Source: a bacterium
Lineage (GTDB): Bacteria > Zhuqueibacterota > Zhuqueibacteria > Oceanimicrobiales > Oceanimicrobiaceae
NCBI GenBank assembly: GCA_046757165.1
Contig: JBHHXT010000020.1
Coordinates: 1-45,664, forward strand
Reading direction: 5' to 3'
DNA: 45,664 nucleotides
Shown: piece after piece, positions 28,305-37,078 of the stretch
Numbering within the stretch: position 1 is the stretch's first letter
Layout of the letters: the number at the start of each line of letters is the position of its first letter
Made by a program: the position numbers and the translations under genes
Notes under the pieces: model-generated
The model's input: the letters and a program-made list of their open reading frames with translations, nothing else
Database searches by the model: none
What the model was told of the DNA's origin: nothing

Positions 28305-28541
28305 ACCCCGAAAGCACGAAGTTCACGAAGACTTGAGCTGAGCACCATTGGCAAGTATCTGAAGCATTACAACCAGGTAGCCTATGACCAGGTGCTCAAC
28401 TTGGTGAAGAAAGCTCAGGATGCGATTACCATTTGTGAGGTGACGGGTCGAAGCATGAATACGATTGTGCAGTATCTACGGTTGGTAAGAAATTTCCATC
28501 CTGAGTTATCAGTAGATATGTCTTTCCTTTTTCCATCTTAG
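28305..28541 (+). pseudogene. Start-less gene remnant, possibly DUF1670-like HTH protein
   Basis: Open frame ...LSTIGKYLKHYNQVAYDQVLNLVKK...ICEVTGRSMNTIVQYLRLVRNFHPEL...* after an in-frame TGA, with no good start. The family resemblance is from memory only. Confidence 0.35.
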
Positions 28542-28622
28542 GGGGTACAGTAGCAAAACAGTGAAATTGAACTAAGCCCTTATCAATCAATGGGGCGGCG
28601 GCATGACAGAACCGCGGTGAGG

Positions 28623-31600
28623 CTACTGCGTTCCCTGCGCCTTGCTCTTTGGCGGTTGCTCCACGATGACCGCCGGAATGGCCTGTTCATGGACCAACTG
28701 ATTGAACGCCGGCAAGTCCGCGCTCAGAACCGCATGGAACTTCGTCAACTCTGAATCGATGGCGGCGGTGAGCTCTTCCTTTACGGCGATCGCCTGTGCG
28801 GTGGGGCGAAAGTCGCCGAAGGAGGATGTGCTCGCCAGTGCGCTCAGCTTGTTGTTCAGTCGTATTGGGAAGTTGAGTGGGTCCTGGCGGCTCTGGTTTT
28901 TCGTTTGGTAGAGTGTCTCTTCGATGCGGGTGATCTTCGCGACCAGTGCCTCGCCGGCCTCTTTGATTTTTTCGCTGCCGGGCCGATTCTTCAGCCGCTC
29001 CAGCATCTCGTTGACCTGCTTGCGAATGGTCCGGATCTGCTTGATGCCCTTGTGGGTTTCGGTGAGCTTGTCACGCATGGCGATCAGGAAATCGAACTGT
29101 GCTTGCAGGTCCTCCGGTGTCTCGGTGGAGCGCGGGTCTTTCAGGATCTCAAAGGACACCGTGCTCGAATCCTCTCCGACGACGAGACGCGCCTGGTAGG
29201 TGCCGGGCACCGCTTTCGGGCCCTGCAATCCGCCGGCCCAGAGAATGATGCCCTCGAACTTCTCCGCCTCCTGATAGCGCATGTCCCAGACAAACCGGTT
29301 CATTCCGGCTTTGACAGGCAGTTGCTTTTGCTTCTCTTCTTCTTTCGCTTTCGGCGTGAAGCGGGTAATCAGGGTGCCGTTTTCATCGAGAAACTCGAGT
29401 ATGACCGCGCTGCTATCCGGCGCTTCCTTGAAATAGTAGTGCACCAGCACACCCGCTGGCAGGTTCTTGCCGGCATTGGGGGTCTCGCGTGCGTTGCCGC
29501 GCAGGCGGTAGGTTGGTCGTGGCTGGTACAACCAAAAGTCGCTTTGCGCCACGCTTTCGGAGAGCTGATGCAGCGGTGTCAAGTCATCCAGCACCCAGAA
29601 CGACCGGCCCTGGGTCGCCACGATGAGGTCGTTTTCCTTGATGGCCAGGTCTGTAATGGGCACGACAGGGAGATTGAGCTGAAACGGCTTCCAGCTTGCG
29701 CCATCGTCAAACGAAATGACCATGCCGTTCTCCGTCCCGGCGTAGAGCAGGCCCGGGCGTCTCGGGTCGGCGCGGATGACGCGGGTAAAATGGTCTGGCG
29801 CGATGCCTTCGGTGATTTTTTTCCAGGTCTTGCCGTAGTCGACGGTCTTGTAGAGGCAGGGCGTGAAGTCATCGAGTTTGTAGCGCGTTCCGGCAACATA
29901 GAGTCCGCCTGGCTCGCCGGGGTGCGCTTCGATGCTGTTGATTTGCATCCACTCCGGCATGAGCTTTGCCGGCGGGGTGACGTTTTGCCAGTGCTTGCCG
30001 CCGTCGCGGGTGAGGTAGATGAGTCCGTCGTCTGAACCTGTCCAGATGACGCCTGGTTCGTGCGGACTTTCGATCGCCGCAAAGATGGTGGCATAATACT
30101 CGACGCTCGTATTGTCTTTGGTAATTGGTCCGCCGGATGGGCCGAGTTTGGTGGTGTCTGCCCGCGTCAGGTCCGGGCTGATGGCCTGCCAGGTCTGCCC
30201 CTCGTCCCGGGTTCTGAACAGCACGTTGCCTGCCGTGTACAGGGTGTTGGCGTCGTGTGGTGAGAAAAAAATCGGAAAATTCCACTGGAAACGGTACTTC
30301 CAGTCTTTGGCGCCATGTCCCATGGGATTGTCAGGCCAGACGTTGATGGCACGGACTTCGTCGGTCTCGTGGTTGACGCGTGTCAGAAAGCCATCGTAGG
30401 ATCCGGCGTAGACGATCTCTGGATTCTGTGGATGGGGCGCGATATGGCCACTCTCACCGCCGGCGGTCGGTTCCCAATCGCGCTCGGTCAGTGCGCGGCC
30501 GCTGGTGCGGTGGAGGATGCGCACGGTGGAGTTGTCTTGTTGCGCGCCATAGATACGGTAAGGAAAGTGGTTATCTGTGGTCACGCGGTAGAACTGCGCC
30601 GTCGGTTGGTTGTGGTACGTGCTCCAGCCCTCACCGGCGTTGAAACTCACCTGGGCACCGCCATCGTCGCCAACGATCATGCGCGCCGGGTCTGTTGGTG
30701 CAATCCAGAGGTCGTGGTGGTCACCGTGCGGCGTGTCGATTTTTTCGAAGGTCTTGCCGCCGTCCTTCGAGCGCCAGAACCGGACGTTGAGCACGTAGAC
30801 GAGATCCTCGTTTTTCGGGTCCGCGTAGATGCGGGTGTAGTACCAGGCGCGCTGTCGCAGCTTGCGCTCTTCGTTGATCTTCGTCCATTTCTCGCCGCCG
30901 TCGTCTGAGCGAAAGACGCCGCCATCTTTCGCCTCGATGATGGCCCAGACCCGGTTGGGATTGGCCGGCGAAACAGTCACCCCGCTGATGCCGATCATGC
31001 CCGCGGGCAGTCCCTCATTGCGGGTGATCTCTTTCCAGTTGGTGCCACCGTCAGTTGATTTCCAGATCGAGGAGCCTTCGCCCCCGCTTTCCAGGCTGTA
31101 AGGGGTGCGGATGACCCGCCAGAAGCTGGCGAACAAGATGCGCGGATTTCTGGCGTCCATAGCCAGGTCGACTGCGCCGACTTCCCTGCTGACGAAAAAA
31201 ATTCGCTGCCACGTTTTGCCGCCGTCTTTGCTGCGGTAGACGCCGCGCTCGTCGTTCGGTCCGAACAGGTGCCCGAGCACGGCTGCGTAGACCAAATCCG
31301 GATTTTTCGGATGAATGCGGATGCGCGGAATGTGACGTGAATCCTTCAGCCCGATGTGCGCCCAGGTCTTGCCGGCGTCGGTGGATTTCCACATGCCGTC
31401 GCCGTGGGAGACATTGCCGCGCACGGTCACCTCGCCGCCGCCGACATAGATGACGTTCGGGTCCCACTCGCTGACGGCCACCGCGCCGATGGAGCCGCCG
31501 AAGAATCCGTCCGAGACGTTCTTCCAGGTCTGGCCGCCGTTTGTCGTTTTCCACACGCCGCCGCCCGTACCGCCAAAGTAGTAGGTCATGGGGTCGCCTG

Positions 31601-31787
31601 CCACGCCAGTGACGGCTGCCGACCGTCCGCCGCGGTAGGGGCCGATGCTGCGGTAGGTCAAACCGCTGTAGAGAGTCTCGTCAAAGGCGATTTTTTGGGC
31701 CAGGCCCGGTTGCAGAAGCAAGAATTGGAACAGGACTGAAACGAACGCCACTGACACCGTTCGAATATTGCAGAAACGTGTATGCAT
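28623..31787 (-). CDS. Secreted VPS10/BNR (Asp-box) repeat glycosyl hydrolase-like protein
   Basis: GGAGG RBS, signal peptide, RSIGPYRGGR, and many Asp-boxes (WKSTDAGKTW, YRSKDGGKTW, FRSDDGGEKW, ISFDDGASW). Confidence 0.92.
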   Translation of the reverse strand: MHTRFCNIRTVSVAFVSVLFQFLLLQPGLAQKIAFDETLYSGLTYRSIGPYRGGRSAAVTGVAGDPMTYYFGGTGGGVWKTTNGGQTWKNVSDGFFGGSIGAVAVSEWDPNVIYVGGGEVTVRGNVSHGDGMWKSTDAGKTWAHIGLKDSRHIPRIRIHPKNPDLVYAAVLGHLFGPNDERGVYRSKDGGKTWQRIFFVSREVGAVDLAMDARNPRILFASFWRVIRTPYSLESGGEGSSIWKSTDGGTNWKEITRNEGLPAGMIGISGVTVSPANPNRVWAIIEAKDGGVFRSDDGGEKWTKINEERKLRQRAWYYTRIYADPKNEDLVYVLNVRFWRSKDGGKTFEKIDTPHGDHHDLWIAPTDPARMIVGDDGGAQVSFNAGEGWSTYHNQPTAQFYRVTTDNHFPYRIYGAQQDNSTVRILHRTSGRALTERDWEPTAGGESGHIAPHPQNPEIVYAGSYDGFLTRVNHETDEVRAINVWPDNPMGHGAKDWKYRFQWNFPIFFSPHDANTLYTAGNVLFRTRDEGQTWQAISPDLTRADTTKLGPSGGPITKDNTSVEYYATIFAAIESPHEPGVIWTGSDDGLIYLTRDGGKHWQNVTPPAKLMPEWMQINSIEAHPGEPGGLYVAGTRYKLDDFTPCLYKTVDYGKTWKKITEGIAPDHFTRVIRADPRRPGLLYAGTENGMVISFDDGASWKPFQLNLPVVPITDLAIKENDLIVATQGRSFWVLDDLTPLHQLSESVAQSDFWLYQPRPTYRLRGNARETPNAGKNLPAGVLVHYYFKEAPDSSAVILEFLDENGTLITRFTPKAKEEEKQKQLPVKAGMNRFVWDMRYQEAEKFEGIILWAGGLQGPKAVPGTYQARLVVGEDSSTVSFEILKDPRSTETPEDLQAQFDFLIAMRDKLTETHKGIKQIRTIRKQVNEMLERLKNRPGSEKIKEAGEALVAKITRIEETLYQTKNQSRQDPLNFPIRLNNKLSALASTSSFGDFRPTAQAIAVKEELTAAIDSELTKFHAVLSADLPAFNQLVHEQAIPAVIVEQPPKSKAQGTQ

Positions 31788-32244
31788 CGCTATCCCTCCG
31801 GTTTAGATGGTGACTATGGTGGCAATATAACAAATCTTTGCGTTGCTCGCAACAGAATGCCCACCGAAGGTCCCCGAAAGCACCGAGTTTCACCGAATTC
31901 TTTTTATCTCATAATTTATTATCGGAGAACAGTTTGCAGCGATTCAGTCCCCTCAGTCTGAGCGGCAGGGATGTGAATCATATCAGGTAGTAGCGATAGG
32001 AGCGGATGTTTTCCATCATGCTCAAAATAGTAGCCCCCGCAGATCAACGCTGTTGAATTACTTTCGGAGTGACTTGGCCTCATATTCTGTAGACTACAAG
32101 CCTGGCTGGCAAGCGCTTCTGACAATGGCAAAGGTGATGTATTGGCGCTATCCGAGAGCTACTACAACCCGTTTTTCCTACACAGTGAGAGATGTCACAT
32201 GCGGCCTCCATGAAATCTTGTTCATCTCGACCGGCCGTTTGATA

Positions 32245-35200
32245 CTAGCGCAGAAGCATCAATTTCCTCACCGACCTGTAATGCGCGGCTTCCAGCTTGT
32301 AGAGGTAAATGCCGCTGGCCAGGGGCGCCCCCGAAGTGTCTTTGCCATCCCAGGAAACGGCATGAAAGCCAGCCGGTTGCCGGCCCCGGACCAACACCCG
32401 GATAAGCTGTCCAATGAGATTATAGATCTCGAGCTTGACTGGCGAGCTCCTGGGCAGGTCATATTGAATCGTGGTCTGCGGATTGAACGGATTCGGGTAG
32501 TTCTGCTGCAGAAAAGACTGCGCCGGCATGCCCGGTGGCTCCAAAGTCTCGACATGGGTGACAACATCGACCGTTCCGTTGTCGACGTCTGCGAAAAAAA
32601 CAAAGGGCTCGTGTTTGCTATCCAGGCGGGAGGCGGGTGCGCGTGCCGGTGCGGACGAAAGCTGCCCGAAGGCGTTGACAGAGACGGTAAAGTCTACCTG
32701 CGAGGAATCATTGAAAATCCAGGTCTTAAAGCCCGTTTTTTCACCCGGCGTCAGGGTGCCGTCGCTGCCCAGCAGGGCGCTGTAATCGAATCGGGCGGTT
32801 GCGCCGGTCTGGCCATTATCGGCGTTGTCGATAGTCACTGCCGGGGGCGATGGGGCCAGGTGCAGAATTTCCACCGAGAACGGTGCAAAGAGAGCCTGAG
32901 CAGAGATGTTCTCAAACCTGACATCAAACTTGAATTGATGGGTTGCATCATCGAAAACCACATTGGCCGCCTCTGGCCTGAGCAGATGGTTGAGGTTGTG
33001 CTCCGGCTGCTGCGTAAGATAAAGCACCAGGCCGTCATGGTCGGAAGCACGCAGAGGGGTCGCGGTGTCGTCGAACAGAATGCTGGCGGCGTCGGCGTTG
33101 CCACGCGCGATCTCCATGCCGCTCACGAAGGGATGCAGCGCCTGGGAGGTCAACAGGTGGTCGAGGGTTTGCGCATTTCCCCTGAAAACAAACGAATAGC
33201 GCTCTCCGGCTGGCAGCCTGAAGATCTCGTTGGTCAAGTCCGGATCGAATTCGTCTGTACCCGGACGCTGCGCCTGACTTTCATCGGCGGGCGCCCCCAT
33301 GATCTGGCCGAGCACATGGACATAACCGTCGGTAAAGTGGAAAGCATTGAAGTCGCCGGCGACCACGAGTTTGATGTCAGGCTCTGCGGCTTGCAGTCCG
33401 GCAATGAGTTTTGACACCGAAACCGCTTGCGCATGCCGCTTCCGGCGCACCCGCGTCGAGTCGCTGGTGTCGATGCCTCTGCGGGAACGCAAGTGCAGGT
33501 TCAGGACCACGATGCGTCTCTCGCCCGGCAGCCGGGCAAAGAGCAGCAGAGGCGGCCGGTCGTGTAACAGGCTGCCGTCGAAAGAAAATCGCTCATTCTT
33601 GCCTTTTTGCACAACCGAATCCACCTGAACCACAGTGCGCGTCAGGAACCCCACATCGATATCACGGTTTCCTTCGACAAGGTGAGCCGTATAGCTGAGC
33701 GCGCTGTCATCCGCGTGAATCTTCTGCGCCAGGGCATGCAGCGTGCTCAGATTCTCGACTTCCTGCACCGCCAGAACGTCCGGCGCCCGTAAGACCTCCC
33801 GAATGAACCTCGAAAGCTTGGTGAGTCGATCCTGGAAATTGCCATCGGTTTCAAACAATCGTAACAGATTTAGCGTGCCAATCGTGCTTTCCCCCTGCTG
33901 CCTGGCCCGCACCGGGCGCGGCAGAGGAGCCTGCTCCACCGCAAGCGCTGTCGGCCACAGCTCATACCCGCCAAATTCAAATCCCACGACTCCCGTCGCC
34001 TGGAAGGTCGAGCCGGCGTTGATGCGCAGATTCGGCTGGCCCAGACGGTCCGGATCGAGCTCGAAAACTTCCGGGTTGCCATCCCAGAGCGGCAATCCCG
34101 ACAAGCCCGGAAATTCGATTCCAGGTTCGCGAAAGGGCCGGTTGCGGCTGGCGACGATGTGCACTTCGGCCACCCGGTCGGAGGAGAATTGTTGATTGGG
34201 GCCGGAGACGAGCCCGGCGGCAATTTCAACCAGCATGCCTTCGAATCGCTCCAGATCGGGCACCGGCTGCGGCTGGTCGGGTGAGGGGGTGTCCGCATTC
34301 AACGTCACGGGTGGCGGCAAAGGCGCGCCAGATGCCCTGACGGTGAGCTCGGTCACATTTGTGAGCTGGGTGAATCCGAAAAACTCCGCAACCTCGCCGC
34401 TGAAATCCACCCGATCCCCAACCGTTGCCGGAGGCGGACCGCCTGTAAAAACAAAAATGCCGTTCGAGGTGCGCGGGTCGGTGTCGCTGCGCTCAGGCGG
34501 CGTCTGAACAAAAAATCCGTTTGGCGCCACGGCGGTCACGATATTGTCTTCGGTAGCGACGACTTCCCCGATCAAGGGACTGGTGGCCCCATCACCCTGG
34601 ATTTCAAAAATCTCGGTTATGTCAGAGGAAGAGAAACATGCCGCGAAGCGGGTGCCGTCGACGCGTGTGCCGGGGGAAAAGAGCGCCCCGCCGGCACCGG
34701 TGGCTGTCGAGTGCTGCGCCAGGGGCACCGAGCCGGTGATGTCCGGGTCGCGGGTGAGGGACTGGTCGCTGCTCGCTTCCGGGCCATAGGTCAGGCTGGC
34801 CATGTCAGAGGCGCCGTCGTTCAACACAATGGTGTCGCCACTATTGTTCAGCGCCAGCAGACCGGTGCTGGCTGTTTGTACCTCAGCGCCGCCAAAGGTG
34901 CCGTCCGGCGACCCGCCACCAAACAGGACGATGGCGCAGCCGTCTGGCAGCACGGTGTTGTCGGGGAACGTGTGCCGCACGCGCAGACCGTCTGAAAGGG
35001 TCCAGCCCGACAGGTCGAGGGAATCCCCGGAGACATTGACGATCTCCACAAACTCGTCGTCCGAGCCGTTGCGGATGGAGTCGCCGTTGGCATCGCCGTC
35101 CGGACTGAGCGCCGGGTCGGCAAGGATTTCATTGATCACCGCAAGCCGCCGGGCTTCATTGTCGAGGATCACAACCGTGGCACTATCCGGAGAACCAATA

Positions 35201-36186
35201 TCTGCCCCAGCCACCGGGGTCAGGGCCAGCGTGAAGTCCTCCGGTCCTTCGGTCTGGCCGTCATCGTTCAAAGGCACGCGTACCCCGGCCCTGCTTTGCC
35301 CGGAAACGAAATGGACGGTCTGTCTCGTGCTGTCATAGTCCTCGCCAGCACCGAGCGGCAAGACGCCTCCGCTTGCGCTGCCCTCCCTGAATCTCACCTC
35401 AACAGTAGATGGACCGGTGAGATTGCCCGTTCGGGTCACCTCTACCTGCGCGCCAACCGCGGTGCCATCTTCGTTGTATTCGTAAAGTGCTTGCGAGAAT
35501 CGGGCCGTTGCCGTGGTCGCTGGCAGGAAAATCTGGCCGGTGTTACACTTGTCAAAGGTGTTGAGCGCAGCCGCCTGCCAGGAGAAGTCCTCGAAGGTTA
35601 TCCCGCTGCCGGTAAGCTGCAGGGAATGGCCGGCCGGCGTGCTGCTGTCCTCCTGGACACCGATATCCAAACTGGTCATGCCCGCTGCCGGGCCGCTGGC
35701 GGCGGTAAAAGAGCCTTCGTAGCTGAGAAACTGCACTACTGCGCCAGACTGATCGACCAGCGCCAGCCCGTCCGGTGCGCCGTTCTGGATCCCCCTCCGT
35801 GCAAATGCCAACGTGCCAAACCCATTGCACTGATCCGGAACGATACCGCTCAGGTCGATGGTGGTGTACACGTTGCGCTGACTGGCGTTGCCGTTGTAAA
35901 GCGCAAGGCTCCAGCCGGTCAGGTCCGTGCCCGCGGGTGCGGCAATCTCGACAGCCTCGCCCTGGTCGGCGCCAATGTTGTCGTAATGGATCTCGTTGAT
36001 GAACACAGGCGTCTGGGCCCGGGCTGCTTGCGCTCCCAGGTGCATCGAGAACACCAGGCAAAAAGAAGTGAAGAGAGACAAGCCCTTTTCGGGATCCGGT
36101 TTCCGCCGCCGGCGCCAGCGTCTGACTAAACGGGCACCTGAACGGAGGTGCCGCCACACAAACTTCGCCGGAATGACCTGGCACAT
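32245..36186 (-). CDS. Extracellular nuclease (ExeM/NucH-like): LTD, Calx-beta, LTD, OB-fold, EEP domain, T9SS-type tail
   Basis: VFINEIHYDN and VINEILADP lamin-tail domains; EIFEIQG...GFFVQ; EEP motifs LAVQEVEN, AGDFNA, LDHLL, SDHD; NYPNPFNPQTTI. Start codon uncertain. Confidence 0.9.
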   Translation of the reverse strand: MCQVIPAKFVWRHLRSGARLVRRWRRRRKPDPEKGLSLFTSFCLVFSMHLGAQAARAQTPVFINEIHYDNIGADQGEAVEIAAPAGTDLTGWSLALYNGNASQRNVYTTIDLSGIVPDQCNGFGTLAFARRGIQNGAPDGLALVDQSGAVVQFLSYEGSFTAASGPAAGMTSLDIGVQEDSSTPAGHSLQLTGSGITFEDFSWQAAALNTFDKCNTGQIFLPATTATARFSQALYEYNEDGTAVGAQVEVTRTGNLTGPSTVEVRFREGSASGGVLPLGAGEDYDSTRQTVHFVSGQSRAGVRVPLNDDGQTEGPEDFTLALTPVAGADIGSPDSATVVILDNEARRLAVINEILADPALSPDGDANGDSIRNGSDDEFVEIVNVSGDSLDLSGWTLSDGLRVRHTFPDNTVLPDGCAIVLFGGGSPDGTFGGAEVQTASTGLLALNNSGDTIVLNDGASDMASLTYGPEASSDQSLTRDPDITGSVPLAQHSTATGAGGALFSPGTRVDGTRFAACFSSSDITEIFEIQGDGATSPLIGEVVATEDNIVTAVAPNGFFVQTPPERSDTDPRTSNGIFVFTGGPPPATVGDRVDFSGEVAEFFGFTQLTNVTELTVRASGAPLPPPVTLNADTPSPDQPQPVPDLERFEGMLVEIAAGLVSGPNQQFSSDRVAEVHIVASRNRPFREPGIEFPGLSGLPLWDGNPEVFELDPDRLGQPNLRINAGSTFQATGVVGFEFGGYELWPTALAVEQAPLPRPVRARQQGESTIGTLNLLRLFETDGNFQDRLTKLSRFIREVLRAPDVLAVQEVENLSTLHALAQKIHADDSALSYTAHLVEGNRDIDVGFLTRTVVQVDSVVQKGKNERFSFDGSLLHDRPPLLLFARLPGERRIVVLNLHLRSRRGIDTSDSTRVRRKRHAQAVSVSKLIAGLQAAEPDIKLVVAGDFNAFHFTDGYVHVLGQIMGAPADESQAQRPGTDEFDPDLTNEIFRLPAGERYSFVFRGNAQTLDHLLTSQALHPFVSGMEIARGNADAASILFDDTATPLRASDHDGLVLYLTQQPEHNLNHLLRPEAANVVFDDATHQFKFDVRFENISAQALFAPFSVEILHLAPSPPAVTIDNADNGQTGATARFDYSALLGSDGTLTPGEKTGFKTWIFNDSSQVDFTVSVNAFGQLSSAPARAPASRLDSKHEPFVFFADVDNGTVDVVTHVETLEPPGMPAQSFLQQNYPNPFNPQTTIQYDLPRSSPVKLEIYNLIGQLIRVLVRGRQPAGFHAVSWDGKDTSGAPLASGIYLYKLEAAHYRSVRKLMLLR

Positions 36187-36534
36187 AGCTTAACCGTAGT
36201 TATTGGTACCTGACGAGTTCTTTTCTGTCACTTTTTTGACAAGACCTTTTGGTGGCACACTTTTTTCGAGTTTCGAGTTTAGGATTTCGGATTTCCGGTT
36301 GTCAAATCCCGCGCCTTCTGCGGGGCTTGTCCGGGTTAGGGCGAGCATCTCTGCGGAATGTTAACAAAAAGAAAGGAAAAAAGCAACGGTATCGCGGACT
36401 CGCGGCAGAAAAAAACACCGCGGCCAGCGGGCCACGGCGGTTTTCCACCGACCATGTCCGGGCCGCGGCGGTGTCTCCCACTCGGGTAGGGACAGGAGGA
36501 CTTTCATGCAACAAAACTCTGGAAGTCGGGGAAC

Positions 36535-36561
36535 CTGCCGAAGGCGTGGAGCCTTCGGCAG
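36535..36561. repeat. REP-like perfect hairpin
   Basis: CTGCCGAAGGC-GTGGA-GCCTTCGGCAG, 11-bp stem, no U-tract. Confidence 0.6.
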
Positions 36562-36679
36562 ATTACTCCCAACCCGGATATGGGAAACAGGATGATCTTA
36601 GTTGGCGTAAGAGCTACAAAAGCTATTGGAGCAAAGTGCGAAATCTTGCACGCAGAGATGTTCTTTCTTCAGAACATCA

Positions 36680-36829
36680 TCACAAACCTTGACTTGTTTG
36701 CCTTTCGCTCATAACTCTTGTCGAGGTCTCCCCGGCCTCAGAACCACAGCGGTTCAAGACCAGGACAGACATGACCTGCAGGGTGACGATGAAAGCCAAC
36801 AATACCAGAAGTTTTATGATAGAGACCAT
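36680..36829 (-). CDS. Putative 49-aa small membrane protein
   Basis: Hand-translated, below the ORF-track size cutoff. GGAG precedes ATG; MVSIIKLLVLLAFIVTLQVMSVLVLNRCGSEAGETSTRVMSERQTSQGL. Confidence 0.5.
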   Translation of the reverse strand: MVSIIKLLVLLAFIVTLQVMSVLVLNRCGSEAGETSTRVMSERQTSQGL

Positions 36830-37078
36830 TTTGACGCTCCACAGATTTTAGACTGCCATTTACCTATAATATTTCAGATGGGCCTGATTTCTTGCATCTA
36901 TCACGAAAAATATTTTCGACTCACCTGGGCATTTTTCGGATTCCCTGAGACCGTATCAAGATCTCTAATAGACTAAGATACGGTTAGGAGGCAGATTTTC
37001 TCAGATGGAGATGAAACGCTTCGAGTTTTATGGAAGGCTTTTGCTCGAGGCCAGGCCAGTCCCGACACAGTCGACTCC

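Noticed and set aside
28905..30035. 376-aa plus-strand ORF
   Set aside because: Antisense shadow of the VPS10/BNR gene, as expected for high-GC codon usage.
31850..31865. Possible sigma-54 promoter (TGGGCAT-TCTG-TTGCG, minus strand) upstream of the VPS10 gene
   Set aside because: Poor -24 match, and no enhancer palindrome seen nearby.
32053..33414. 453-aa plus-strand ORF
   Set aside because: Antisense shadow of the nuclease gene; no recognisable motifs.
36506..36595. 29-codon plus-strand ORF with AGGAGG RBS
   Set aside because: Runs through the REP-like hairpin and the product has no features, so support is insufficient.
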